54,950 nt of DNA, taken from contig CAZBPV010000001.1 of the NCBI GenBank assembly GCA_964493885.1, forward strand, positions 1 to 54,950, given 5' to 3'. This stretch comes from Candidatus Woesearchaeota archaeon (lineage in GTDB: Archaea; Nanobdellota; Nanobdellia; Pacearchaeales; GW2011-AR1). Under the pieces are notes generated by a model. It saw only the letters and a program-made list of their open reading frames with translations. It ran no database searches and was not told the DNA's origin. Position numbers and translations under genes: made by a program. Position 1 is the first letter of the stretch. The number at the start of each line of letters is the position of its first letter. Shown piece after piece: positions 44,138-51,339 of this stretch.

Positions 44138-44296
44138 TTCTCCGCTCCTCAATCGCTCGGTAAATTTGTGGGTTGCCTCAAATTTATTTGCTCATGATGG
44201 TGCTCGACCTCTCCGCTCTGATCTTCTCATCCAATCACTTGTTCCAAGTTCAGGGAGAAAATCGGGGCTAGGGAGACTAACATAATTAGTTTCAAT
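44138..44296 (+). repeat. Structured intergenic repeat, divergent member d2
   Basis: Hairpin TAAATTTG-10 nt-CAAATTTA (44161-44186) and tail GACTAACATAATTAGTTTCAAT, which matches the tail of member b. Confidence 0.35.
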
Positions 44297-44373
44297 AGAA
44301 TTTTCACCTAATTTATTAAAGAGAGCCGAGGATCTTCGAAATATTTATAATTTATTATTCAATTCGTTTTTAT

Positions 44374-44778
44374 ATGGAAAAAACTATTTGGACACCTCGT
44401 TTGTACGGATCTTGTGATTTTGGAGTTTATTTAGATAGAGATTTCGCAAGAGATATGATTCAATCTAAAGTTTCAAACGAAAGACAAATGAGGATGAATG
44501 AATTAGCAAATGAAGAATTAAAAAGACTTGGAACCAATTGGTTAAATCCCTATACCTTTCACGAAGGTTCTTGTTTTATTTTCCAATTTTATATAGGTCA
44601 AAACGGTGTTTGGTTATCTACAAATCCTCAGACTATTGACGATTTACTTAATGGAAAAGAATCTTCTAAACCAATTGAATATGATTCTCATAATGTAGAT
44701 GTTCCAAGTCAAGCTTATGTTTTAATGCGATTATTTGATAAATGGGTTGAATATGCTGATGCTTTCAAAAGTAAATAA
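44374..44778 (+). CDS. Hypothetical protein (cassette ORF)
   Basis: 134-aa ORF bracketed by the 9-bp inverted repeat GAGAGCCGA (44321-44329) / TCGGCTCTC (44784-44792). Confidence 0.45.
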   Translation: MEKTIWTPRLYGSCDFGVYLDRDFARDMIQSKVSNERQMRMNELANEELKRLGTNWLNPYTFHEGSCFIFQFYIGQNGVWLSTNPQTIDDLLNGKESSKPIEYDSHNVDVPSQAYVLMRLFDKWVEYADAFKSK

Positions 44779-44913
44779 CGGTTTTCGGCTCTCAATTTAT
44801 TTAGAAATAATTTTTTTCCTCCGCCCGAAAGCAAAATTATTTAAATTGGTGTAACTTACAAAAATTAAGAGGTGTTAGCACCTCAAGATGCTTAATTCTT
44901 GAAAAAATCAAAA

Positions 44914-45678
44914 ATGGATAAGGAAAGTATAGATACAATAATAGTATGTGGAGGAAAGGGAACCAGAATCGAAGAATTAACTAATCAACATGGATGTAAG
45001 TCCTTAGTTCCCATTTCAGGTATTCCTATAATCTCTTATTTAACACATATTATTAGAAAAACAGTTCCCAATTCAAATTTAATACTTGCAATAGATAATC
45101 CCTCATTACAAAGAGGATTTGAGGAGGCTTATGAAAGACAAGGCATTAATAATTACCAATTTTTTCTAGGATTACCTCGAGGGCCAGTTCAAGCATTTTA
45201 TGAGGCAGGACATCTTTGTAGGTCTGATAGAGCATTAATATTTTTTGGTAATCAATTAGTTTCTCCTACCCATTTAGAAAGATTATTATCTCATAATCCA
45301 GGGTCTATGGTTTTTTCAGGATTCGATTTACTCTCTGAAAATAATTGTAAAATAGCAACAATTGATGAATCTTCTAGAGTTTTAGATGTAACAAGATATT
45401 TATATTTAGAAAAATTGAAGGAATCAGAAGTATATTTAGATGTGCCTTATGTAGTACCAAATAACTTTTTCTCAATGGAAACTTTTCCAGAAATTAAAAG
45501 ACTTTTTGTAAAAACTCCTATGGATAAAGTTGTTTTAAGTGGAGAGGAAGATGTTCTTGTTGAAATGTCCGATTTTCCCCCAGAATTTCATTTTAAAGAA
45601 GATCTTGCATCTTTAGATAGAATTGCTAAGAGATATTTCTCAGATTTAATTGCTAGATGGGGTGAAAAACATGGCTGA
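44914..45678 (+). CDS. Sugar-phosphate nucleotidyltransferase-like protein
   Basis: IIVCGGKGTRIEELT...KSLVPISGIPIISY resembles the NTP-transferase G-x-G-x-R loop. The ORF track opens at a TTG at 44899. Confidence 0.55.
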   Translation: MDKESIDTIIVCGGKGTRIEELTNQHGCKSLVPISGIPIISYLTHIIRKTVPNSNLILAIDNPSLQRGFEEAYERQGINNYQFFLGLPRGPVQAFYEAGHLCRSDRALIFFGNQLVSPTHLERLLSHNPGSMVFSGFDLLSENNCKIATIDESSRVLDVTRYLYLEKLKESEVYLDVPYVVPNNFFSMETFPEIKRLFVKTPMDKVVLSGEEDVLVEMSDFPPEFHFKEDLASLDRIAKRYFSDLIARWGEKHG

Positions 45679-46216
45679 TCCTTATTGTTTAATTATTTCA
45701 GGTCCCTCTGGGAGTGGAAAAACAACCACTGCAAAAATGCTCTGGAAAAGTTTAGATGGAAATCCTGCCTACTTAAGTTTAGACTCAATTAAACATCTTG
45801 TTAGTAGTGCAGAATCTACTGATTATTTTTTAGATTTAGCTAGATTAAATGCCTTATCATTAACAGAAAATTTTCTCTGTAGAAATCATCCCATAATAAT
45901 AGAAAAAGCCTTCGGAAATTATAAGTATGTTAGAGATTTTATCGAATTAGCTGATAATTTACAAGTAAAAAGTCATTATTTTAAACTAAATGCACCATTA
46001 GAAATTTTAATAGAAAGAGCAGATAGAAGAAGAAACGCTTCTTTAAGAGAAAAAGTTGAATCTGGGGAATGGCCTCTTCCGATAGGTAATAGAGAAACTG
46101 TGACTAGTATTTATAATTTTTTTATGAAATATCAGCATAATGAGGGAATTGAAATAGATACTTCAAATAAGACTCCTGAAGAGGTTACACAATTAATTAG
46201 GTCATACCTAATCTAA
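45671..46216 (+). CDS. P-loop kinase (AAA_33/zeta-toxin-like fold)
   Basis: Walker A GPSGSGKTT. The ATG at 45671 overlaps the upstream stop (ATGGCTGA). Confidence 0.55.
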   Translation: MADPYCLIISGPSGSGKTTTAKMLWKSLDGNPAYLSLDSIKHLVSSAESTDYFLDLARLNALSLTENFLCRNHPIIIEKAFGNYKYVRDFIELADNLQVKSHYFKLNAPLEILIERADRRRNASLREKVESGEWPLPIGNRETVTSIYNFFMKYQHNEGIEIDTSNKTPEEVTQLIRSYLI

Positions 46217-46816
46217 TTCTAAATGTTGAAGAGAATTTACTAATTCAAAAGAGTATTTTTTTGATTGATCAATGTTAATAACTGAAAGAGATGTATTCCC
46301 TTTTGTGGAATATTCTTTTGTATTTTCAATTTTATCCTTATGTAAGTATGTAAGAATGCAGGATATAGGGCCTCCATGACTTACTATTAATACTTGATCC
46401 GTATCATCATGTTCTTTTATTAGATTTTCAAAAAATGTTATTGCTCTTTGCCAGCATTCCCTAAGACTTTCTCCTTTCTCAGGTTTAAAATCTTCATAAG
46501 GTATTTGTGATTCTTTAACTACTTTTTTAAATTTAGAACTATGTTGCCCTTCAAAAACTCCCTTTGCCTGTTCTCTTATTTTATTATTTTGAACTAAAAC
46601 AACTTTTTGATGATGCTTAAGTATCTCTTCTGCAGTTTTTACACATCTATCTAAATCACTAGAATATGCATGAGTTATTTCTATATTCTTAAGTTTCTTT
46701 GAAATCTCTTTTGCTTGTTCTATTCCTAAATGAGTTAATTGGGAATTAAAGTGACCTTGAGAAATCTTATTAAGATTCTCATTAGTTTGACCATGTCTAA
46801 CGATATAAATTCTCAT
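46208..46816 (-). CDS. Histidine phosphatase family protein (second paralog)
   Basis: IVRHGQTNEN and VSHGGPI motifs. Convergent with the kinase gene, overlapping it by 9 nt. Confidence 0.65.
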   Translation of the reverse strand: MRIYIVRHGQTNENLNKISQGHFNSQLTHLGIEQAKEISKKLKNIEITHAYSSDLDRCVKTAEEILKHHQKVVLVQNNKIREQAKGVFEGQHSSKFKKVVKESQIPYEDFKPEKGESLRECWQRAITFFENLIKEHDDTDQVLIVSHGGPISCILTYLHKDKIENTKEYSTKGNTSLSVINIDQSKKYSFELVNSLQHLELD

Positions 46817-46914
46817 AATAACCAATACAAATCTTTATTTAAAAATCTTATCTCTCTCTACTTTTATTTTTATTTTAGTAAACTCATAATTAATTCCACC
46901 CCTAAGATTATTTT

Positions 46915-46956
46915 ATCTTCTTTCTTAGAAAGAAAGAAGCAAAGAAGGGCGCACAC
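46915..46956 (+). repeat. About 45-bp repeat with a palindromic core, copy 1
   Basis: ATCTTCTTTCTTAGAAAGAAAGAAGCAAAGAAGGGCGCACAC, homologous to 48545-48589. Confidence 0.7.
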
Positions 46957-47055
46957 CTCAAATTTAATGGGATGGCCAGAAGCCCACCTAAACTAAGAGA
47001 GATTTTAGAAATATTAAAGACGGAGAATTGGAAACTTGCTCCGTTTCACTCCGCA

Positions 47056-47116
47056 CCTCGCCTTGCAGGCTCTCACAAAATCAAAGATTTTGTTCGGGAG
47101 AGTTGAACAGGGCTTA
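47056..47116 (+). repeat. Structured intergenic repeat, member e
   Basis: CCTCGCCTTGCAGGCTCTCA-CAAAATCaaaGATTTTG-...TGAACAGGGCTTA. About 50 of 61 positions are identical to member g. Confidence 0.75.
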
Positions 47117-47132
47117 TGTCTAATTGTTTGAA

Positions 47133-47284
47133 GGCACTAAACTTTGAAATTAAAAGATAATTAAAGATGGCACTTCAATACCCCCGACCACCTGCCCCAT
47201 TTACGAGGTGCGTGCTTGGTTTTTCGCATCACGAAAAACAGGTAGTATTTTTCTTCGAAAAAGAAACTTATCTGGGCACTTTGC
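47133..47284 (+). repeat. Three GGCACT(T) sites upstream of the MFS gene
   Basis: GAAGGCACT (47130-47138), GGCACTT (47169-47175), GGCACTTTGC (47275-47284). Mirrored by three AAGTGCC sites downstream of the gene. Confidence 0.65.
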
Positions 47285-47331
47285 ATAACTTAATAAAGAA
47301 GAAAATTATTTTAAAATAAAAGAGGAATCAA

Positions 47332-48531
47332 ATGAAAATCTTTCAAAAAAACGAACTTAAACTACTAGGAATTTTTTATTTGGAAGCTTTAATTTCTTCT
47401 ATATTTGTTTTTTTCCCTGCATTTATGATAATTTATTTTGTAAACATTGGTTTAAGTTTTTTTCAAATTTCTTTAATTACTACAATTTTACTTCTTTTTA
47501 GATTTGTTTTTGAAATTCCAACAGGGGCAATAGCAGATGTTTTTGGAAGAAAGTTTTCTGTTTTACTTGGTTTACTAATTGCAGGAATTACCTTTTTCTT
47601 TTTATTATTTTTTGATAGTTTTTATAGCCTTATGATTATCTTTGCTATACTTGGTTTTGCGGGAACATTTGAGTCTGGAGCAAGAGAATCTTGGGCTGTT
47701 GACTTAATAAAAAAAGAAAAGAAAAATAATTTACAACAGCATTATTTTGTAAAACTTGATAGTATTGCTAGTTTTGGACTTGTTCTCTCTGGAATTATTG
47801 GAGCATTAGTTGTTAAAAATTTTGGTCTTTCTTCAATTTGGTTTTTTGCGGGAATTGCTTGCCTTATTTCTTTTTTCTTACTCGGATTTGCAAAAGAACA
47901 TTTTGTTAAAAGAAAAGTTAAGATTAAAGATTCTTTTAAAGATTTAACAAAACAATCTAAAGTTTCAATAAACTATGCAAGACGTCATAAGGTTTTATTT
48001 TTGTTTTTAATAGCTACTGCATTTATTGTTTTTGCTAATGAATTTAACGGAGCTCTTGCTTGGGTTCCTTTTTTACAAAATCTTGGATTTCCAGAACATG
48101 CATTTGGTTATTTATGGTCTGCAATGGGGGTAATGGGAATTTTTGCTCCTTTCGTTTCTTTAAAATTCCTCAAAAAAGGAAAAGAAAGGAAATTTATTTT
48201 GACTACAATAATCTTGACAATTTTAGTTTTAACACTTGTAATCTTTGTTAAAAGTATTTTGTTTGCATTTTTGATTATTTTATCCCAATTATTTTTTGGA
48301 GGAATGAGTCGCCCTGTAGAAAGAAGTTATTTTCATAAATTCGTAAAAAGTAAATTGAGGGCAACTGTTGGAAGCGTTGAAAGTATGTTAATTGGTTTAG
48401 TCGCTTTAATTGCAATGCCTCTTGCTGGTTTAAGTGTTGATTATTTTGGAGCAAGATATACCATTTTATTATCAGCCCTTTTAATGATTCCTTCAGCAAT
48501 AATTTTCTTCAAAATCAAAAACGGAAAATAG
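47332..48531 (+). CDS. MFS transporter (paralog of 29797-30999)
   Basis: EIPTGAIADVFGRKFSVLLG. Colinear similarity to the other MFS along its whole length. Confidence 0.7.
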   Translation: MKIFQKNELKLLGIFYLEALISSIFVFFPAFMIIYFVNIGLSFFQISLITTILLLFRFVFEIPTGAIADVFGRKFSVLLGLLIAGITFFFLLFFDSFYSLMIIFAILGFAGTFESGARESWAVDLIKKEKKNNLQQHYFVKLDSIASFGLVLSGIIGALVVKNFGLSSIWFFAGIACLISFFLLGFAKEHFVKRKVKIKDSFKDLTKQSKVSINYARRHKVLFLFLIATAFIVFANEFNGALAWVPFLQNLGFPEHAFGYLWSAMGVMGIFAPFVSLKFLKKGKERKFILTTIILTILVLTLVIFVKSILFAFLIILSQLFFGGMSRPVERSYFHKFVKSKLRATVGSVESMLIGLVALIAMPLAGLSVDYFGARYTILLSALLMIPSAIIFFKIKNGK

Positions 48532-48654
48532 CAAAGTGCCTGCCATCTCTTCTTTCTTGAAAAGAAAGAAGCAAAAAGGAAAGCACACATCCCCATACAA
48601 TAAGACAGCATCCCTCCGTCCTAAAGTGCCCTATTTAAGATTAATACAAGTGCC
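48531..48654 (+). repeat. Three AAGTGCC sites downstream of the MFS gene
   Basis: GCAAAGTGCC (48531-48540, begins in the stop codon), AAGTGCC (48624-48630), AAGTGCCTTC (48648-48657). Confidence 0.65.
48545..48589 (+). repeat. About 45-bp repeat with a palindromic core, copy 2
   Basis: ATCTCTTCTTTCTTGAAAAGAAAGAAGCAAAAAGGAAAGCACACA, homologous to 46915-46956. Confidence 0.7.
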
Positions 48655-48663
48655 TTCTCACAG

Positions 48664-48745
48664 CTCTGCGGATTTTCTACGAAAATCCTCGGGGTCGTCT
48701 TGCAGACTTTCGCTTCGCTCACCCTCACTTAACACAGATTCAACG
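48664..48745 (+). repeat. Structured intergenic repeat, member f
   Basis: Hairpin GGATTTTC-tac-GAAAATCC (48670-48688), block CGTCTTGCAGACTTTC (48696-48711), tail ACTTAACACAGATTCAACG. Confidence 0.65.
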
Positions 48746-49003
48746 CAATGCTGGCTCGGGCTCTTCAACAAGTCGTTTTAACTTATTATTATCAGGATCG
48801 AAATCAAATTCATAATGATTTCCACAAGAAGGACAAACTGTTCCAATACCTATGTTGCGAATGGCATCATCTTCACAGCCAAATTTTCTCATTGTTTCTA
48901 AATATAGTTTAGGAGTATTCCCATTATCTGGAAAATTTTCCGCTTTGTCATACAATCCACAGCCGTCGCAACTTATATTTTCGACCCTTATATATTGTGC
49001 CAT
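48740..49003 (-). CDS. Small Cys-rich zinc-ribbon protein
   Basis: MAQYIRVENISCDGCG...CPSCGNHYEF. The ORF track extends to 49108, but that extension runs through repeat member h. Confidence 0.45.
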   Translation of the reverse strand: MAQYIRVENISCDGCGLYDKAENFPDNGNTPKLYLETMRKFGCEDDAIRNIGIGTVCPSCGNHYEFDFDPDNNKLKRLVEEPEPALR

Positions 49004-49054
49004 ATTTATAGTATTCTTGTTGAGGTTAATAAATTTATCGCCCTCGCCAGCACA

Positions 49055-49139
49055 CTCTGCGGTTTCCTTCGAAAATTCTTGCCACGCTGCGCTCTCAAAT
49101 CCCTCCAAGTTTTCGGACGAAACTAACAGGAATTCAACG
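49055..49139 (+). repeat. Structured intergenic repeat, degenerate member h
   Basis: CTCTGCGG-TTTCCttcGAAAATTC-TTGCCACGCTGCG...AACTAACAGGAATTCAACG. Followed by the hairpin TTTTTTGC-tac-GCAAAAAA (49143-49161). Confidence 0.5.
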
Positions 49140-49213
49140 AAATTTTTTGCTACGCAAAAAACTCTGCACGAGATTAATTTTAGTTATAGAGTTCCCACCC
49201 AAAACAGCACGGG

Positions 49214-49894
49214 TTACTTATTTAACCATTTAACAAAACTTTGAAATTTGCTTTTTGGATTTTCTCCAAAATATTTAAGAAACATTTTATTATAATTTGC
49301 TTTGTTAGGTCTCTTAATAAAATCATTCATGAAGGAAATAATTACTTTTGAATTGTTGTCGGATACAAATTCTATGAAATATCTCCATATAGAATAATTT
49401 AATCTTACAGTTTTCTTATTTGGGTAATTTCTATATAAATATCTATATTGCAATATTTTATGATTTATCTTTTTTGTTTTTATTTCCTTTAAGGTTTCTT
49501 TTTTTGGTAAGGGGTATCCCCCAATAAAATTTGCTAGCCCTTCATGAATCCATGTCGGTTTTGTAATCCCATAAAAGAGAGCAAAAAATACATGGTTCAT
49601 CTCATGGTCAAGAAGAATTTTATAATCTTTGTCGCTTCTTTTAAGAAATTTTTGTTCCTTTGCAACAAAAGTACCATCTCTTAAAACAGTCCCTGTGCCA
49701 AATGGAAAATAATAATATTTGGATTCTTCTTTCCATTCTTTTTCTGCATTGCATATAACTATCTTAAATTTTTTGCTCGGAGTTCTGCCAAAGATTGTTT
49801 TATTTTTCTCATAAGCTTCGAAAATCCAATTTTCAATTTTGCTTGGAATTTCTTTGCTTGATTTTAATATGGCAAATTTCAAATCTTTTTCCAT
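49214..49894 (-). CDS. Peptidase MA-like putative zinc metallopeptidase
   Basis: LLDHEMNHVFF (HExxH) plus a downstream WIHEGLANF. Confidence 0.55.
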   Translation of the reverse strand: MEKDLKFAILKSSKEIPSKIENWIFEAYEKNKTIFGRTPSKKFKIVICNAEKEWKEESKYYYFPFGTGTVLRDGTFVAKEQKFLKRSDKDYKILLDHEMNHVFFALFYGITKPTWIHEGLANFIGGYPLPKKETLKEIKTKKINHKILQYRYLYRNYPNKKTVRLNYSIWRYFIEFVSDNNSKVIISFMNDFIKRPNKANYNKMFLKYFGENPKSKFQSFVKWLNK

Positions 49895-49981
49895 ATAATG
49901 AGAATATAAATGGTTATTTAATAACTTTACTAAACTCGTGCTATCCCGCCCTTAAAATTAGTCTAAAATTAATCTCGCTTG

Positions 49982-50041
49982 CCTCGCCTTGCAGGCTTTC
50001 AGAAAATCAAAGATTTTCTTCAGGTCGCTGAACAGGGCTTA
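49982..50041 (+). repeat. Structured intergenic repeat, member g
   Basis: CCTCGCCTTGCAGGCTTTCA-GAAAATCaaaGATTTTC-...TGAACAGGGCTTA. Confidence 0.75.
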
Positions 50042-50056
50042 AATTCAATTTTTCAT

Positions 50057-50082
50057 GGAATAATCTCTGGTCCAAAATACTT
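50057..50082 (-). repeat. Duplicate of the last 26 nt of the radical-SAM coding sequence
   Basis: GGAATAATCTCTGGTCCAAAATACTT is identical to 50123-50148. It lies in frame and is followed by its own stop codon (50053-50055). Confidence 0.85.
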
Positions 50083-50118
50083 TTCTAAGCAATTTTTAAA
50101 TTGATTCAGTGAAGTATT

Positions 50119-51231
50119 TTAAGGAATAATCTCTGGTCCAAAATACTTCTCATACTCAAAGTCTTTTTCATTTACAATACCTTTTTTAATTAAGTCTTTT
50201 ATTTCAGGCATTTTATCTCTGATGCTTCTAATTAAATGAATAACAGTCTCGCAAATCATATCCTGCCCTTTTTCAGGCCAGAGTTTTGCCTTGTTAAAAT
50301 ACAAGCATCTTCCCCCGCAAATTCTCTTGTAAGTGCATTTCTTGCATCTTCCATCAACATTAAACTTCTTCAAATCCTCAATTTTTGAATCAAGGTTTCC
50401 TGTATAAAAATCAGTGATATTATTCATGATAGGGCAGGCAGTAATATCTCCTTTTGTAGTTATAGTATAACCTGCATGTCCTGCACCACATCTTAATCTT
50501 GAAGTTTTTCCATAATAATATGTTTCAAATATTCCAAGCAAGGGATATAATTTCAAGACCCCTTTATTTTTCTTCATTTCATCCACCCAAAAATTAATAA
50601 GTTTGCTCAGTGATTTATTATACTCATCAACAAACTGCCTGAATTCTCTTTCATTAAAATCATTTTTATAGAATCCAGCATCAATCTGCCAGTGGACAGA
50701 ATCAAATTCTTTTAGGTCTATAAGGTGCTTAACTTGTTCAAATAAATCTGAAAAAGAAATTGTCATTCTCGCAATAATCTCTCCTTTAAACCCATTTTCT
50801 CTAATAAATTGAATATTGTCTAGTATTAATTCATAAGTTCCAACTCCTCTGTTATAATCTGTTCTCTCAACATCCCCGTCAATTGAAACCAAAATTCTTG
50901 AAAATCTATTAATATATTCTTTAGGCACAGTATCAAGAAGTCTTCCATTAGTCTGCATACAGTATCTTACAGAATCACCAAACAAATCCATTATCTCTTT
51001 TAGATTATCAATCTTCAATAATGGCTCCCCTCCATAAAAAATAATTACTGGATTCTTGTCTTGCAAAATAAATTCCTTTAATTTCTGCATGTCAATTCCA
51101 ATATCACACGGAGAACTAAAATCAAACTTAAATTTTTTATCTAAATCATTGTCAAAATCATTCATAGATTTTTCATAACAATATTTGCATTGTGAATTGC
51201 ACTTTTCTGTTAAAATAATGTGCCAGTACAT
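50119..51231 (-). CDS. Radical SAM enzyme with a SPASM/twitch-like C-terminal Cys cluster
   Basis: CNSQCKYC (CxxxCxxC) at the N-terminus, and C-terminal CGAGH...CP...CKKC...CGGRC. Confidence 0.75.
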   Translation of the reverse strand: MYWHIILTEKCNSQCKYCYEKSMNDFDNDLDKKFKFDFSSPCDIGIDMQKLKEFILQDKNPVIIFYGGEPLLKIDNLKEIMDLFGDSVRYCMQTNGRLLDTVPKEYINRFSRILVSIDGDVERTDYNRGVGTYELILDNIQFIRENGFKGEIIARMTISFSDLFEQVKHLIDLKEFDSVHWQIDAGFYKNDFNEREFRQFVDEYNKSLSKLINFWVDEMKKNKGVLKLYPLLGIFETYYYGKTSRLRCGAGHAGYTITTKGDITACPIMNNITDFYTGNLDSKIEDLKKFNVDGRCKKCTYKRICGGRCLYFNKAKLWPEKGQDMICETVIHLIRSIRDKMPEIKDLIKKGIVNEKDFEYEKYFGPEIIP

Positions 51232-51339
51232 ATAAAATTAGTAATTAAACTAGTATAAATAAATTATTATAATCGTTTTTAGATAAATAGATCATTTAAT
51301 TGCAATAATCCTTAAAAATAGAATATTCATTAAAAAATT

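Noticed and set aside
46739-46996. Small ORFs 46739-46996 and 48536-48781, which share the peptide SSFL(E/K)RKKQ, as a paralogous gene pair
   Set aside because: The similarity is confined to the 45-bp DNA repeat, the rest of each ORF is unrelated, and there is no promoter or RBS context.
47167-47319. 50-codon ORF (MALQYPRPPAPF...) upstream of the MFS gene
   Set aside because: It runs through two hairpins and two GGCACTT sites, has an odd composition, and has no recognisable motif. It is more likely non-coding repeat sequence.
48740-49108. Full 122-aa version of the Zn-ribbon ORF
   Set aside because: The N-terminal 35 codons coincide with repeat member h. The Met at 49003 starts the Cys-rich domain.
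41556-50150. CRISPR array as an explanation for the recurring hairpin repeats
   Set aside because: The repeats are 0.1-2.9 kb apart and not regularly spaced. They differ in length and sequence, genes lie between them, and there are no cas genes.
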